The notes beneath the pieces are model-generated. The model had not been told where the DNA came from. It did no database searches and was given only the letters and a program-made list of their open reading frames with translations. A stretch of 64,000 bases of DNA, from IMG/VR virus record IMGVR_UViG_3300021400_000885, positions 39,910 through 103,909 of that record. One strand, 5' to 3'. Of the stretch, positions 29,280 to 39,613 are shown one piece after another. Origin of the DNA: a virus. Taxonomy: Duplodnaviria > Caudoviricetes. How positions within the stretch are numbered: position 1 is the first letter of the stretch; the number at the start of each line of letters is the position of its first letter. A program made the translations under genes and the position numbers.

Positions 29280-32228
29280 TTAAAATCTCCTCTTCTTTTT
29301 AAGTTTTCCTCCATTCTTTGCCCAAGGATTTTCCCCAGTTCCAAAAACTTTGTTTGTAAGTGAGAAGCCAAGAGCATTAAGTATCTCTTTATTTCTCTCT
29401 TCATTTTCAAGATTTTGAATAAATGCATTCATGGTAGCACCACTATTAGCATCCCATCTGTCTTGAATGTTTTGTCTCATTGCAAGACCGTTTGCAATTC
29501 CTTGGAATCCTTGAGCCTGTCTTTGAGAATTTAACTGAGCTTGTGCCATATTTCTATGATTAATAGCACTCATATTTTGAAGATTTGTGCCTCTATTAAA
29601 TTCAGCAACTTGTGCATCATCAGCTCTATTAGCAAGGTATGCTTGCCTTGCTACTTCACCAAGGTCACGTTGATTAAAGTAGTTAAGTACATTAGCAAGC
29701 CTTGCACTTTGATTTCCTCCAGTAGTATTATCTAATGACCTTAGTGCAGCAGCTCTATTAGCATTGGCCATATTAACAAGATATTTCTCATCAAAAGGAT
29801 TCCTTCTCCTGTAATCTCCAATAGTTTCAATTGGAATATTTACAGGAGTTTGAAGAGCTCTTGCCTCATCAATCATAGCATCTGCATTACTAAAGTCTGG
29901 AGAAGTAAGAGCATCTGCAAAAGCTTGCATCCCAGAAGCTACTGTTGCTGGGTGCAATTGGTCTCTTGTATTATCAGCTGGAGGATTCTGCAAGTCTCTT
30001 CCTCTCGCATCTCTCATTCTTTGAAGCTCTGTATTTGGTACAGGAATGCTTCTTGGAATTGGAATATTTGCATTTGTTGCAGGAGCTTCAAGTCTTTCAG
30101 AAATGTAAGGAGTCATAGCCTTAGTTGCCTCAAACAAATACTCTTCCATTGATTTGTTTGGGTCATATCCTGAGGCCTTAAGTGCTTCATTTAATGTAGT
30201 TTCTAATAAAGTATTTGTAGTACTTCTTCTTCCTCTTCCAGTTCCTCTTCCAGTTCCTCTTAACCTTGGGCCAATGAAGTCTGTGTCTTCTGGATTATTT
30301 GAACCAGCACGTTGTACAGATACATGCCAATCATCAGTTTGACTTTCAGTAGTGCCTTGATTAGGTCTGTCTGAGTATCTTGATACAGGATAGTATCTTC
30401 TTCTTGTTGAGGAAGTTTCTTGTCTTTGATTTGTACTTTCAGTTACAGCTGTTTGCTCTGATTGTACATTTCGTAGAGCTTGTTTTGTTGCTTTTGTTTC
30501 TACTGGTCTCTCAGAAGTACTTTCAGCACTTGGTGCTGTACCATTTAACTCTTCTTGAGCTCTTATAGCTCTCTCTCTGTTTGAGCCCATATTTTTTCCA
30601 TCACTTGTTTCATAGTGATGTACAGGCCCTTGCATTCCATCTCTTCCCTTTGAATATATTACTGTTAATCCATCTGGTAAGCCAGTTTCATCTGGAGCAC
30701 CAGTATATTCAGAGTTAGCTCTTTTATTCTGTCTTGTTGCTCTTCTTGATTGTGTAGCATATCCTTGAGTAGCAGCATATCCCTCATCTCCAGTTCCAGA
30801 GTATCCCGTAGATTTAGGTGTTTCTCTGGTTCTTCTTGTTCTTTCTGCAGTTACAGTTGCTGGAGTAATCTCTGTGCCACTGTTCCTACTATTTAAAATA
30901 AGTGCCTTTGCTTCATCAGAACCTAAATTCCTACCCTTTTCATCTTCATAGTGATGAACTACAGTGTTGTTACTTCCCTTATTATACACAACATAAAGAC
31001 CATTTTCAAGCCTTTTTCTTCCACCACTCACAAATTTATGCCCACCATCAGCCATTCCTGGAGGTAACATTTCATTCCCACCTTGAGGAGACAACGCAGA
31101 AACATCAAAACCTTGTATTCCCTCAGGTTGCTGACCATTAAGCATGGCTAATTGCTGAAGGAAAGCATCTTCACCATAAGCATCTATGAATTTTTTAGCT
31201 GCCTTTCTTTGCTTCTCTTCTCTGATTGCTTCTTGAGCATCCATAAACTCATTAATAATGGCTCTATTAGTAGCATTACTTATTGGGTCATTTGGTCTTT
31301 GCTTGGACTCTTTAGTGGCTTTTTCAATAGCTTCTGCAAAACTTAAATCTCCATCAAGCTTATACTTGTTGGCTAAATCAGCAGGAACTTTAAGTCTGTT
31401 AGAAAATACATAATCATTATCCCAGATTACTTCTCCTTCCTCAACAAGATTCATTTCTCCATCTGGAGCAATTCCTGCAGGGACTCCACCATTAGGATTC
31501 TCTTCGTGTGTACCACCCTCTCCAATAAAGGTTAGGCCACTTGTGAAGTCTGAACCATGAGTTCCTTTTTCACCACCATAAGCAGCATAATTGTAATTCA
31601 AAAAGTCTTGCATAACTCTTCTATCATTAGATGCATCAACATTATCAGCCACTTTAGCAAATTGACTGGCTAAAGCAGCATTAAACTTGTCAGCATCATC
31701 ATTTTCAAGTTTGGATTGTCTGTTGGCTCTTCCCCATTGAAACAAGTTCTTACCTCCAGCAAGGACAGCAGCACCACCCATAATCCAAGGATTATACCCA
31801 CTTAATCCTCCAGCAGCGCTGGCAGCACTTGTCATGTCTCCAATTGCACTAGACCAAGTTGGAGAACCATAATCACTAGCTTCAGAATTACCAGATGCCC
31901 AATAAGCATTGTTAAAAGCAGACATAAGAGCATCATTATCTGAAATTCCAGATAAAACTCCATTATTATAGTTCTGCCTTTGCTGCTTTATGTCCTCATA
32001 GGTTTTAGCATTCTCAATGTTTTTTAAGCCATCCTTCACAATGTTAATCCCTTGTAAAGAAAGCTGGGCAATCTCTGGACCACCTAAATTAAAGTATCTT
32101 CCTGACACTTTTCTAGCTGATACTCCGGCATCATAGGGTAAAGTATTTAAGTACTCTTCCCTAGCTTTGTTCAGTTTTTTTCTTGTCTTTGCTCCACCTA
32201 AAGCAAAGTACAGCTCCTTATTATTCAT
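29280..32228 (-). CDS. Cargo protein 1 (crAss001 gp45-like)
   Basis: GGTHEENPNGGVP...VEEGEVI...VFSNR motif; start MNNKEL lies downstream of the promoter. Confidence 0.75.
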   Translation of the reverse strand: MNNKELYFALGGAKTRKKLNKAREEYLNTLPYDAGVSARKVSGRYFNLGGPEIAQLSLQGINIVKDGLKNIENAKTYEDIKQQRQNYNNGVLSGISDNDALMSAFNNAYWASGNSEASDYGSPTWSSAIGDMTSAASAAGGLSGYNPWIMGGAAVLAGGKNLFQWGRANRQSKLENDDADKFNAALASQFAKVADNVDASNDRRVMQDFLNYNYAAYGGEKGTHGSDFTSGLTFIGEGGTHEENPNGGVPAGIAPDGEMNLVEEGEVIWDNDYVFSNRLKVPADLANKYKLDGDLSFAEAIEKATKESKQRPNDPISNATNRAIINEFMDAQEAIREEKQRKAAKKFIDAYGEDAFLQQLAMLNGQQPEGIQGFDVSALSPQGGNEMLPPGMADGGHKFVSGGRKRLENGLYVVYNKGSNNTVVHHYEDEKGRNLGSDEAKALILNSRNSGTEITPATVTAERTRRTRETPKSTGYSGTGDEGYAATQGYATQSRRATRQNKRANSEYTGAPDETGLPDGLTVIYSKGRDGMQGPVHHYETSDGKNMGSNRERAIRAQEELNGTAPSAESTSERPVETKATKQALRNVQSEQTAVTESTNQRQETSSTRRRYYPVSRYSDRPNQGTTESQTDDWHVSVQRAGSNNPEDTDFIGPRLRGTGRGTGRGRRSTTNTLLETTLNEALKASGYDPNKSMEEYLFEATKAMTPYISERLEAPATNANIPIPRSIPVPNTELQRMRDARGRDLQNPPADNTRDQLHPATVASGMQAFADALTSPDFSNADAMIDEARALQTPVNIPIETIGDYRRRNPFDEKYLVNMANANRAAALRSLDNTTGGNQSARLANVLNYFNQRDLGEVARQAYLANRADDAQVAEFNRGTNLQNMSAINHRNMAQAQLNSQRQAQGFQGIANGLAMRQNIQDRWDANSGATMNAFIQNLENEERNKEILNALGFSLTNKVFGTGENPWAKNGGKLKKKRRF

Positions 32229-32246
32229 AGTGTACACTCTTTTATG

Positions 32247-32254
32247 CAAATATA
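32247..32254 (-). promoter_or_regulatory. Bacteroidota sigma-A -7 element
   Basis: TATATTTG(CA), 18 nt upstream of the ATG and just downstream of a terminator. Confidence 0.65.
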
Positions 32255-32292
32255 AGATATTAAGTAGGATAAGTAAAAAAGAATATTAAAAT

Positions 32293-32333
32293 AATAACGG
32301 AGAAGATATTTAAAGTTTCTCTTCTCCGTTATT
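32293..32333 (-). terminator. Intrinsic terminator after the muzzle gene
   Basis: AATAACGGAGAAG ... CTTCTCCGTTATT inverted repeat. Confidence 0.75.
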
Positions 32334-32342
32334 AAATTCTTA

Positions 32343-35300
32343 TTACTCAAAAATTCCTACTGACATATCATTGAAAATCATCATGTCCTTATTTGGAATT
32401 GTCTTAGACAGTTGAATGTATGCCCAAGGACTTCTTATCCTGTCTCTTGAATGTCTTGTAAGCTCCGCTCTCTTATCTCTTGGTATTTGAGCTCTGAACA
32501 CATTGAATTTCTTTTTAAGAGGACTAGGGCTACCTATGTTCATAAATAATGAAGATTGTTGTGTATCTTGATATTCATTCCAAACTCTTAGAGAATCAAA
32601 TGTATCCAGTGGCTTGAGAACTCCAGCATCACCATCAGCTTGAGTATACACGGTGCTTCTCCATTCCAGATTGTCAAATATTTTATCCACAGTTGGGTCA
32701 ATATTGGATACAAAGGTTAACCAGAACGGCTTAAAATCATCAAAGAAGTAATTGTAATCTCCTGCCCATAGTTTATGTGCTGATATAACTTCCCAATCAG
32801 AACTCTTAAATGCAATACAATGATTATCAACACTTATCAATGCATCTAATTCATCATAATCCATTATAGATATAAAATTACCAAGTTTCTCAGAGTACAC
32901 AAGACTTTCAAGTGCATTTGAAAAATATATATCTTTATTTATATAATCATAGTAAGTTCGTATATTGGTCCAATATTCTGGATTCCAAACACTTAGATTA
33001 CAGTGCTCACTTGTCCAAGTTTCAAAGCCTTTTTGCTGACTAAGATTATTTATTTGTCCATTGAAATTATAAAGAGCTTTCCTTACATCATCAATAAAGT
33101 ATATACCCAATGAAGTAGTACATACAGACCACTTGTTAAAACAGCCTATATTTTCAGATATGTATCTCTTACCAGACATCTTCAGTCCATTGGTAATTTC
33201 AATAGGCTGTCCATCAGATACTGGAATTTGTACTCTTGAGTTAAAGAGAAGTTGAGCAAATCCATCTTTTTGGAATGCAAAGATATTGTCATTCCATGTT
33301 ACAAGCTCAGTTACTCCTCCCTTATCTCCATCAAGATTTAATGTGGATGTTAAAGGCATTGATGTCCATGTGTCAACATCCTCACCAAATGATTTCTCCA
33401 AGGACCAAGTAACCATATTAGGAAAATAATCAACATTATACCTATCAGTATTTAAGCTCTGATAAGTAAAGAATTGATTTGTTTGGTCATATCCAGCCCT
33501 ATTAAAGAGGTTAAAGTTCTGAGGAGTAATCAGAGTATTGTCTTGTAATCCTCTATTCTTGTCATATCTTAAATCAAGATTAACTCTTGATTCAAGCTCA
33601 GTAGAATAAATGCTTACAATACTGTTCTGGTCTTCTTGAGTAAATGGATATGTTTTTAAGCAATCATATCTTCCTATGTATGTATCACCTTCCTTGTAGA
33701 GAAGTGTAGCACTCTGTCCAGACTCAAGTTTCACAGGGTCTCCACACATTACCCATTTATTAGTAGCAAGGGCCTCTTCAGAAGTTCCTCCAAATCTTGC
33801 AGCAAGTTGGTCTGGTGTAAAGTCTCTATATAATTCTCCAACAAGGATAGAATCCCTTAAATGAGTATAAGGGAAAATCTCAGAACTGAAACCAGAGGAG
33901 TTCACCCAACTGTCAATTCCCTTTAATTGATTAAACCCTGTATAAGACTGATTTTGCCAAACCATTGGAATGGTACTCCCAGACATAGCAAGTGAGCTTC
34001 CTCCTAAGGAATTTTTCTTCAGTGAAAAAACAGCATGTTTAGTAGTTTTATACTTTATTCTCACTGGGTCTTTTCCATGAAGGACAGTATCATTTCCTCT
34101 TGATACATATCCAATATTTACAGGAGTTGTTATTTTAGGCCAGTTTAACTGCTTGGTTTTACCATCATTATACTCATCAATTCCACCTGTAGTTCCTCCA
34201 GAATGTTGTAATGGAATGTATGTTATAGGATAGCCATTACTAAAATCTAAAGTTACATTACTTCCATTAATAAGTGCCTCATAGGTTTTTAGTGATGGAG
34301 TATGAACTTTATCAACATTTCCATAATACAATACATTTGTTGTGCTTCCGTCAATACTATCTATAGGTACTTGCAGTGCAGAAATTTGGTCTGAATCAAA
34401 TACTTTTGGAGTATTTACTTCTACGTTGTATGGAGGAAGACTAAAGTTTTCTTCTGATGGTTGTAAGTAAGTGGTTAACCCATACTGAATTTCAGAAATG
34501 CATTTTCTTGTGTACTGGGCAGTTCTTATTTCTTGAGAATTGCTGACAGGATTTTGATTATTTAATGACCCTGACCTGTGCCATAAATAGGTTAGATACA
34601 AATAAGAAGAGCTGCCAGAGCTTTTTTCTGGAGCATTGCCATAAGTACCATCCAAGTCTGCATATCCGTCAAGCAGCCCTGGGAAGCATAAATCTTGTGG
34701 AAGTAAGGAAAATCTTGAATGAGTTTGTAATTTTTGATACTCACCATTTATTGAACTTCCTAGTTTTAGGGATTTAAATATGGATGGATATTGTGTACTT
34801 GTTATATCATAAATACCTCTGGTTTGAATGTCCATATAACTATCCACCACATGTTCTGGAACATATGGGCTTCCTCCACCAATCCAATATCCAAGGTTAC
34901 TAAACCCAACAATTCTTAGATTTGTATTCTCTAATGATTGAGAAGTAATAGATTCTGTAGCTTCAATGTCTGGAGAATAAAAGTCTATGATGTTGGCATC
35001 TCTATAATAGAAGTCTCCGTATAGGTCTTTAAACTCTTGTACTTTTGATTCAAAATTAGAAATGTCCTCTACTGTTGGTATTGTAGGATTTACAGCAATT
35101 GGCATTGTTTGTATCTCATTGTCAATTGCTTCAAAAGAGTAATCAAGCCTTGCTCTCCAATCAGACTGTACAAATGGAGAGTTATCTAGTCTGTCATTTA
35201 TATTAAAAACAGTTCCAAATAAGAGTCCTTGACAAACAACTTTTTTATCTACATCTTGTGGAAATACTACTACAGGAGCAACTCTTCTAAAATGATTAGT

Positions 35301-36716
35301 TCTAAGTAAAGTAACTACCTGCTCTGGCAGGGACGCTCTGAATCCAAGAGTTCTTTTGCAAGACCTCCATATTACTCTTTCTTCACTGTGGTCTGGCATT
35401 TCTCCATATTTAAAGAAATGTTCTCCCGGCATACACAGCTCATCATAGTCACCTACCCAAACAACATCAGACCATTCTCCAGTTTCTTTTTGGGCAACAA
35501 ATCCTAATCTGTATCCCTCATGAGATTTAAATCCCTTTTTACTTCTAGAAGATTTTGTATTGTCAATAGTATCTGAGTAAAACTCCCTTCCAGCAACTTC
35601 TGCAGAATTCCAATACTCATTATCATTTATTACTTGACTGCTTACTTTAGGTGTATCTGTATGGTCGAAATATACTGACTCTATTGGAATTTCATCATTT
35701 AAATTATTCTTGATATATTCTCCTAAAGTAGAGTTTTTATATGATAGAGATGATAATTTTGGAGAGGTTTCTTTTAGGTTTCCAAGGAATAAAGTATTAT
35801 CCTTTTGGTCAAGAGTTCCAGCAATAATACTTTTACCTCCAATGAAATATAATGCAGTAGGGTCTATTGTAGAGCCAATAGTTCCATTATCATTGATAAT
35901 TATCTCATTTGTGATTTTATAATCACCAACAATCCTGCAATTAGGCGTAGCATTTTCAGATGTCCTGATGATTGAGTACAGTCTTACATAATCAAAACTT
36001 GTATCTGCATTTCCTATCTTGATGAGAAAACTATTGGTACACCTTGAATCAGCAGGAAGTCCTCTATCTGCTGGAGAAAGATAGTACAATGGAGAAGTTT
36101 CTATAAGATTAGTTTCTTGACCATTCAGATTAAAGTATGAAAAACAATATTGAATTGTTCCAACAGGAAACTCTCCACCCGTAGTATTCTTTTCAACTGT
36201 AAAATAATGATTAAACTCTACTGTTTGACAAAAATCAAAAGCATCATTATCATTATCTTGATACTCTTTATTTATATTAAGCATTCTTGGCTGATTAATG
36301 CCATCAACCCAGTAGACTTTTTTTATATTTTCATTCTCAATTACTACAGTAGTTTCAATAGGATATTCTGTACTAAAATTAAGAGTTCCCTCAAATAGCT
36401 TCTGAATTTGGAGATTATCCTTATTTTCTCCAGATACAGTAGCCTTATAAATTAAATCTTTGTCTCCTTCATCATAATGAGAAAAAAGTATAATATCAGT
36501 ATTAATGACAGCATACCCAATTACTGTACCATATAAAGGAGATGAGAGAGTCATCTCTTTAGTGCCTTTCTCATTAGTAACAACAAGCAAGGTAGCCTTA
36601 TCTCCTTGGGTAGTAATTCTTATGTTCCTTGCATCAACAACAAGGTTTGGATTAAATCTTGTTACTGACATATCTCTAGACATGCCAGTAACTACATGTG
36701 TATCCTTTTTATTCAT
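32343..36716 (-). CDS. Muzzle / tail stabilisation protein (crAss001 gp44-like)
   Basis: GMSRD...NIRI...NEKG N-terminus, YWVDGINQPR, KKKFN..R..IPR C-terminus; 1457 aa; synteny. Confidence 0.85.
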   Translation of the reverse strand: MNKKDTHVVTGMSRDMSVTRFNPNLVVDARNIRITTQGDKATLLVVTNEKGTKEMTLSSPLYGTVIGYAVINTDIILFSHYDEGDKDLIYKATVSGENKDNLQIQKLFEGTLNFSTEYPIETTVVIENENIKKVYWVDGINQPRMLNINKEYQDNDNDAFDFCQTVEFNHYFTVEKNTTGGEFPVGTIQYCFSYFNLNGQETNLIETSPLYYLSPADRGLPADSRCTNSFLIKIGNADTSFDYVRLYSIIRTSENATPNCRIVGDYKITNEIIINDNGTIGSTIDPTALYFIGGKSIIAGTLDQKDNTLFLGNLKETSPKLSSLSYKNSTLGEYIKNNLNDEIPIESVYFDHTDTPKVSSQVINDNEYWNSAEVAGREFYSDTIDNTKSSRSKKGFKSHEGYRLGFVAQKETGEWSDVVWVGDYDELCMPGEHFFKYGEMPDHSEERVIWRSCKRTLGFRASLPEQVVTLLRTNHFRRVAPVVVFPQDVDKKVVCQGLLFGTVFNINDRLDNSPFVQSDWRARLDYSFEAIDNEIQTMPIAVNPTIPTVEDISNFESKVQEFKDLYGDFYYRDANIIDFYSPDIEATESITSQSLENTNLRIVGFSNLGYWIGGGSPYVPEHVVDSYMDIQTRGIYDITSTQYPSIFKSLKLGSSINGEYQKLQTHSRFSLLPQDLCFPGLLDGYADLDGTYGNAPEKSSGSSSYLYLTYLWHRSGSLNNQNPVSNSQEIRTAQYTRKCISEIQYGLTTYLQPSEENFSLPPYNVEVNTPKVFDSDQISALQVPIDSIDGSTTNVLYYGNVDKVHTPSLKTYEALINGSNVTLDFSNGYPITYIPLQHSGGTTGGIDEYNDGKTKQLNWPKITTPVNIGYVSRGNDTVLHGKDPVRIKYKTTKHAVFSLKKNSLGGSSLAMSGSTIPMVWQNQSYTGFNQLKGIDSWVNSSGFSSEIFPYTHLRDSILVGELYRDFTPDQLAARFGGTSEEALATNKWVMCGDPVKLESGQSATLLYKEGDTYIGRYDCLKTYPFTQEDQNSIVSIYSTELESRVNLDLRYDKNRGLQDNTLITPQNFNLFNRAGYDQTNQFFTYQSLNTDRYNVDYFPNMVTWSLEKSFGEDVDTWTSMPLTSTLNLDGDKGGVTELVTWNDNIFAFQKDGFAQLLFNSRVQIPVSDGQPIEITNGLKMSGKRYISENIGCFNKWSVCTTSLGIYFIDDVRKALYNFNGQINNLSQQKGFETWTSEHCNLSVWNPEYWTNIRTYYDYINKDIYFSNALESLVYSEKLGNFISIMDYDELDALISVDNHCIAFKSSDWEVISAHKLWAGDYNYFFDDFKPFWLTFVSNIDPTVDKIFDNLEWRSTVYTQADGDAGVLKPLDTFDSLRVWNEYQDTQQSSLFMNIGSPSPLKKKFNVFRAQIPRDKRAELTRHSRDRIRSPWAYIQLSKTIPNKDMMIFNDMSVGIFE

Positions 36717-37405
36717 CCTTGGTGTCTTTTATATTTTTCAGTATCTCCAAGAGTCTTGAATCCTCTTTGGAATTCTGACTTTGAAGGAATCATCCTATGC
36801 ATCATGCCAGTAATACTCTGCATTTCGCTCATTGAAGGCATCTTAAATTCAGCAGCACACTTTCCAACTTCCCAGAAATACTCTTGTTCTGCATGAGAAA
36901 GAACATCTCCTCTAATCTTTCCAAGGTCAAATAAGACTCCAAATCTTTCTTTCTTAATGTAGAGTTCCAATGCTTTTAAAAATATTGGATGGTCTGGAAG
37001 CATAGGAAGCTCGTCTTTATCAACTTTAATGGCAAGGTAAGATATCAGTACTGTGCCCTCAGGAAAAGAAGTGGTAATAATTCTATTCTGAGTTTTAAAA
37101 GTTAAATCACCTGGAACCATCTTGCTCTTAGTATTGAAAGTATCAGTCATTGACCTTAAAAATACTCCAGTCTTTTTGTCTTTAACTTGCTCAATTCTTA
37201 TAAGGTCACATGGAAGTACTCCCCTAAACTTATGAATAAGTACCTCAGCTTGCTTATCTTCATATACATTAGGAAGCCCTACTCCTTCAATAAAATCAAG
37301 AGTATATTGAATTGCAGCCTCTAAATCCATGTCTTGCAGGAGAGGATGCCTTGTAACTCTTGAAAGTATCTCTCTTATTGAGATAAACTGTATATCATTA
37401 GTCAT
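36713..37405 (-). CDS. Tail ring protein 1 (gp43-like)
   Basis: RHPLL, LPCD, ISY.AI.VD...P motifs; synteny. Confidence 0.75.
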   Translation of the reverse strand: MTNDIQFISIREILSRVTRHPLLQDMDLEAAIQYTLDFIEGVGLPNVYEDKQAEVLIHKFRGVLPCDLIRIEQVKDKKTGVFLRSMTDTFNTKSKMVPGDLTFKTQNRIITTSFPEGTVLISYLAIKVDKDELPMLPDHPIFLKALELYIKKERFGVLFDLGKIRGDVLSHAEQEYFWEVGKCAAEFKMPSMSEMQSITGMMHRMIPSKSEFQRGFKTLGDTEKYKRHQG

Positions 37406-37976
37406 TGTAAAATGATTTTAAATGCTTATCTATTTTATTATCAATATATAATGGACTCAGAAGATTGCTTCTTTTATTTTCCGCAATTTTTAAATTAAGG
37501 TCTCTACAAGGAGTGAAATCATAGTATCTCATAAACTTGAACTGCGTAGCATCTTTCCTGTATAAAAGTTTATCTGCATACTCATATTCAGTTCTCAGTA
37601 GAGTTTTGTTTTTGTAAGCCTCTTCATCCTCATACCAAAGTCTAAGAGTTTTATCCCAGTCAATAGGCCTTTTGGTTACAAGTTTCCCATTAATAATAGA
37701 GTCTTTTCTTTTTGTTCTTATTAGTTCTACCTTTCCCATATTATATGGAAAGGATATTGAACCACCAAAAGAAAGCTCTTTTGCAATCCTTTTGTTTATT
37801 TCTCTTAGGATGGTATAATATTGTTTTTCAGAAAGGTACCATTTTTTATCTTCAGGTCTTTCTTTTCTATAAAATTTATAGTAGTCATACACACCATAAG
37901 AGTTCCTAATCTTACCTTTACCTCTTTTTAGTGGTACTACTTTGGATATAAACTCTTGAAACTCAGGCTCTCTCAT
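37398..37976 (-). CDS. HU/IHF-like conserved crAss protein
   Basis: FPYNMG, IDWDKT..LW motifs; basic composition; position between ring genes. Confidence 0.65.
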   Translation of the reverse strand: MREPEFQEFISKVVPLKRGKGKIRNSYGVYDYYKFYRKERPEDKKWYLSEKQYYTILREINKRIAKELSFGGSISFPYNMGKVELIRTKRKDSIINGKLVTKRPIDWDKTLRLWYEDEEAYKNKTLLRTEYEYADKLLYRKDATQFKFMRYYDFTPCRDLNLKIAENKRSNLLSPLYIDNKIDKHLKSFYND

Positions 37977-38710
37977 CCTTCAATTTGTCTTCTAAGAGGA
38001 GATTTCATGTAGCTTCTGATGAAATTAGCAAGGTTACTTAAATCATCGTCTGCATTATTTTCATCATCCTTTGGTTTATAAATGCCACCAGTAAGGTCTT
38101 TAACCACATATTGCATTACAAGAGGGAGAAGGTTATCCTCAAGAGGGAAAGTTGATTCTAACGGACTACAGAGATTTCCTTCAGCATCAAGTTCAGCACC
38201 TTCTTCAAGTGCAGCAACTTCAAGAGGGTCTGCAAAGATGGCCCTATAGTTAACTTCCTGTAGGTAATATAACATTGGATTACAGGATTTAAAGTAAAGC
38301 TTGCCTCCTGCTCCAGTAGTTACATAGGATATATTCCTCATCCATTTATTAAATCCTACATACTTAAATCTTATAGGACTTACTTTACATAAATCTTCTT
38401 CAAACTGGTCTTTGCCAGTAATTGATTCCACTCCAATATCTAAAGTGTCTGGAATAGATTCAACACTACGTAAATATTCACCATTGTTTGGAAACCCTTC
38501 AATTCTATCAATTCTTTCAAGATTTAAATGAATGGTTTGATAGTTTGAATCTGAAGGAGTTTCTATCCCTTTCTCATATTTATTCTTTAGAACATAAGCC
38601 CTAAATTTATTTAAAAGGAATACTATATGGTCAGGTGTATAGTAAGAATCATCTGAAGAAAGTTTCAGATAATCCATAATCATATACACTACATGATTAT
38701 AAGTATACAT
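37973..38710 (-). CDS. Tail ring protein 2 (gp40-like)
   Basis: SSDDSYYT, NYQTI.L, FPLE, P.D..NNA.DDL motifs; start MYTYN lies downstream of the promoter. Confidence 0.75.
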   Translation of the reverse strand: MYTYNHVVYMIMDYLKLSSDDSYYTPDHIVFLLNKFRAYVLKNKYEKGIETPSDSNYQTIHLNLERIDRIEGFPNNGEYLRSVESIPDTLDIGVESITGKDQFEEDLCKVSPIRFKYVGFNKWMRNISYVTTGAGGKLYFKSCNPMLYYLQEVNYRAIFADPLEVAALEEGAELDAEGNLCSPLESTFPLEDNLLPLVMQYVVKDLTGGIYKPKDDENNADDDLSNLANFIRSYMKSPLRRQIEG

Positions 38711-38730
38711 AATAAATAATTTTATGTTTG

Positions 38731-38761
38731 TAAAGTTACCTATTTTATCTGAAGAAACAAG
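38731..38761 (-). promoter_or_regulatory. Putative Bacteroidota promoter (CTTG-N19-TAACTTTA)
   Basis: Near-consensus -33 and -7 elements with 19-nt spacing. Confidence 0.5.
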
Positions 38762-38787
38762 GGTGATAATACATATTACCACCCTTG
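38758..38787 (-). terminator. Intrinsic terminator
   Basis: CAAGGGTGaTAAT-acat-ATTAcCACCCTTG hairpin. Confidence 0.7.
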
Positions 38788-38813
38788 CGTTAGTATCCTA
38801 TTAATCAAAAGGT

Positions 38814-39611
38814 TTATGCTTCACCATTTCCTTCGTCATGAACTGAACCTTCATGAACATAGAATGTTACATAAACTTTCTGACTAAGGGCTTTTCCTTC
38901 ATCAAGGACAGGATTAAATCTATCAGAGAAAGATTCTGTCTGAACAAGCTGTACAGGCACAGTGACTTTAGTAAATCCATTCTCAGCCTTTTCACGCTTT
39001 GCACTATCAGGAATTCTCCAGTCCTTAGGAACTTGAACAGTGAGGTCATAAGGAGTACCCTCAGAAGGAATACCATATCCATAAGAAGGAGCAAAGAATC
39101 CTAACCCAGATTCACTGGAAGCCTCTTCAAGCTTAACATACTCAACAAAGTTCTGATAAGTTCTGTAAGACCTAGCATTCAGCATAAAAATACCACCATC
39201 CTTAAGGAATACTCTGTCTGGATAATTACTATTAGGAGTACCATCAACTTCAAGATGATATTCCCAAGGAGCATCATAACCTACAGTTCTAAAGGTAGTT
39301 TTATAAGTTCTGCCAAGAATCTCATAATAAACAGTCATACCAATGTACACACTGAATGAGCCCATATGAGTATCCTTAACACTTTCAGCAGGATTGAATT
39401 GAGCAGTAATGGTGTAAGCAGAATATCCAAGCCTTCCCTTAGTAGGAGTAATGGAAATGGGGATAAAATCACCAGCATGCAAAGGTTCGACCCTTTTGAT
39501 TTTAGCATCGTAGACACCACCACCAAAGGCAATAATTTCTACGTCAACAGAAGCTCTTCCACCACAATAGGGGATTCTGGTCTTTTGATAAAGTTTTGGA
39601 GTGATTACCAT
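38814..39611 (-). CDS. Hypothetical beta-rich (Ig/BACON-like) protein
   Basis: Beta-strand pattern; C-terminus similar to that of 39614..40357. Confidence 0.55.
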   Translation of the reverse strand: MVITPKLYQKTRIPYCGGRASVDVEIIAFGGGVYDAKIKRVEPLHAGDFIPISITPTKGRLGYSAYTITAQFNPAESVKDTHMGSFSVYIGMTVYYEILGRTYKTTFRTVGYDAPWEYHLEVDGTPNSNYPDRVFLKDGGIFMLNARSYRTYQNFVEYVKLEEASSESGLGFFAPSYGYGIPSEGTPYDLTVQVPKDWRIPDSAKREKAENGFTKVTVPVQLVQTESFSDRFNPVLDEGKALSQKVYVTFYVHEGSVHDEGNGEA

Positions 39612-39613
39612 AA

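Noticed and set aside
30228-30260. 12-bp tandem repeat (RGTG units)
   Set aside because: In-frame low-complexity coding repeat; no spacers, so not CRISPR-like
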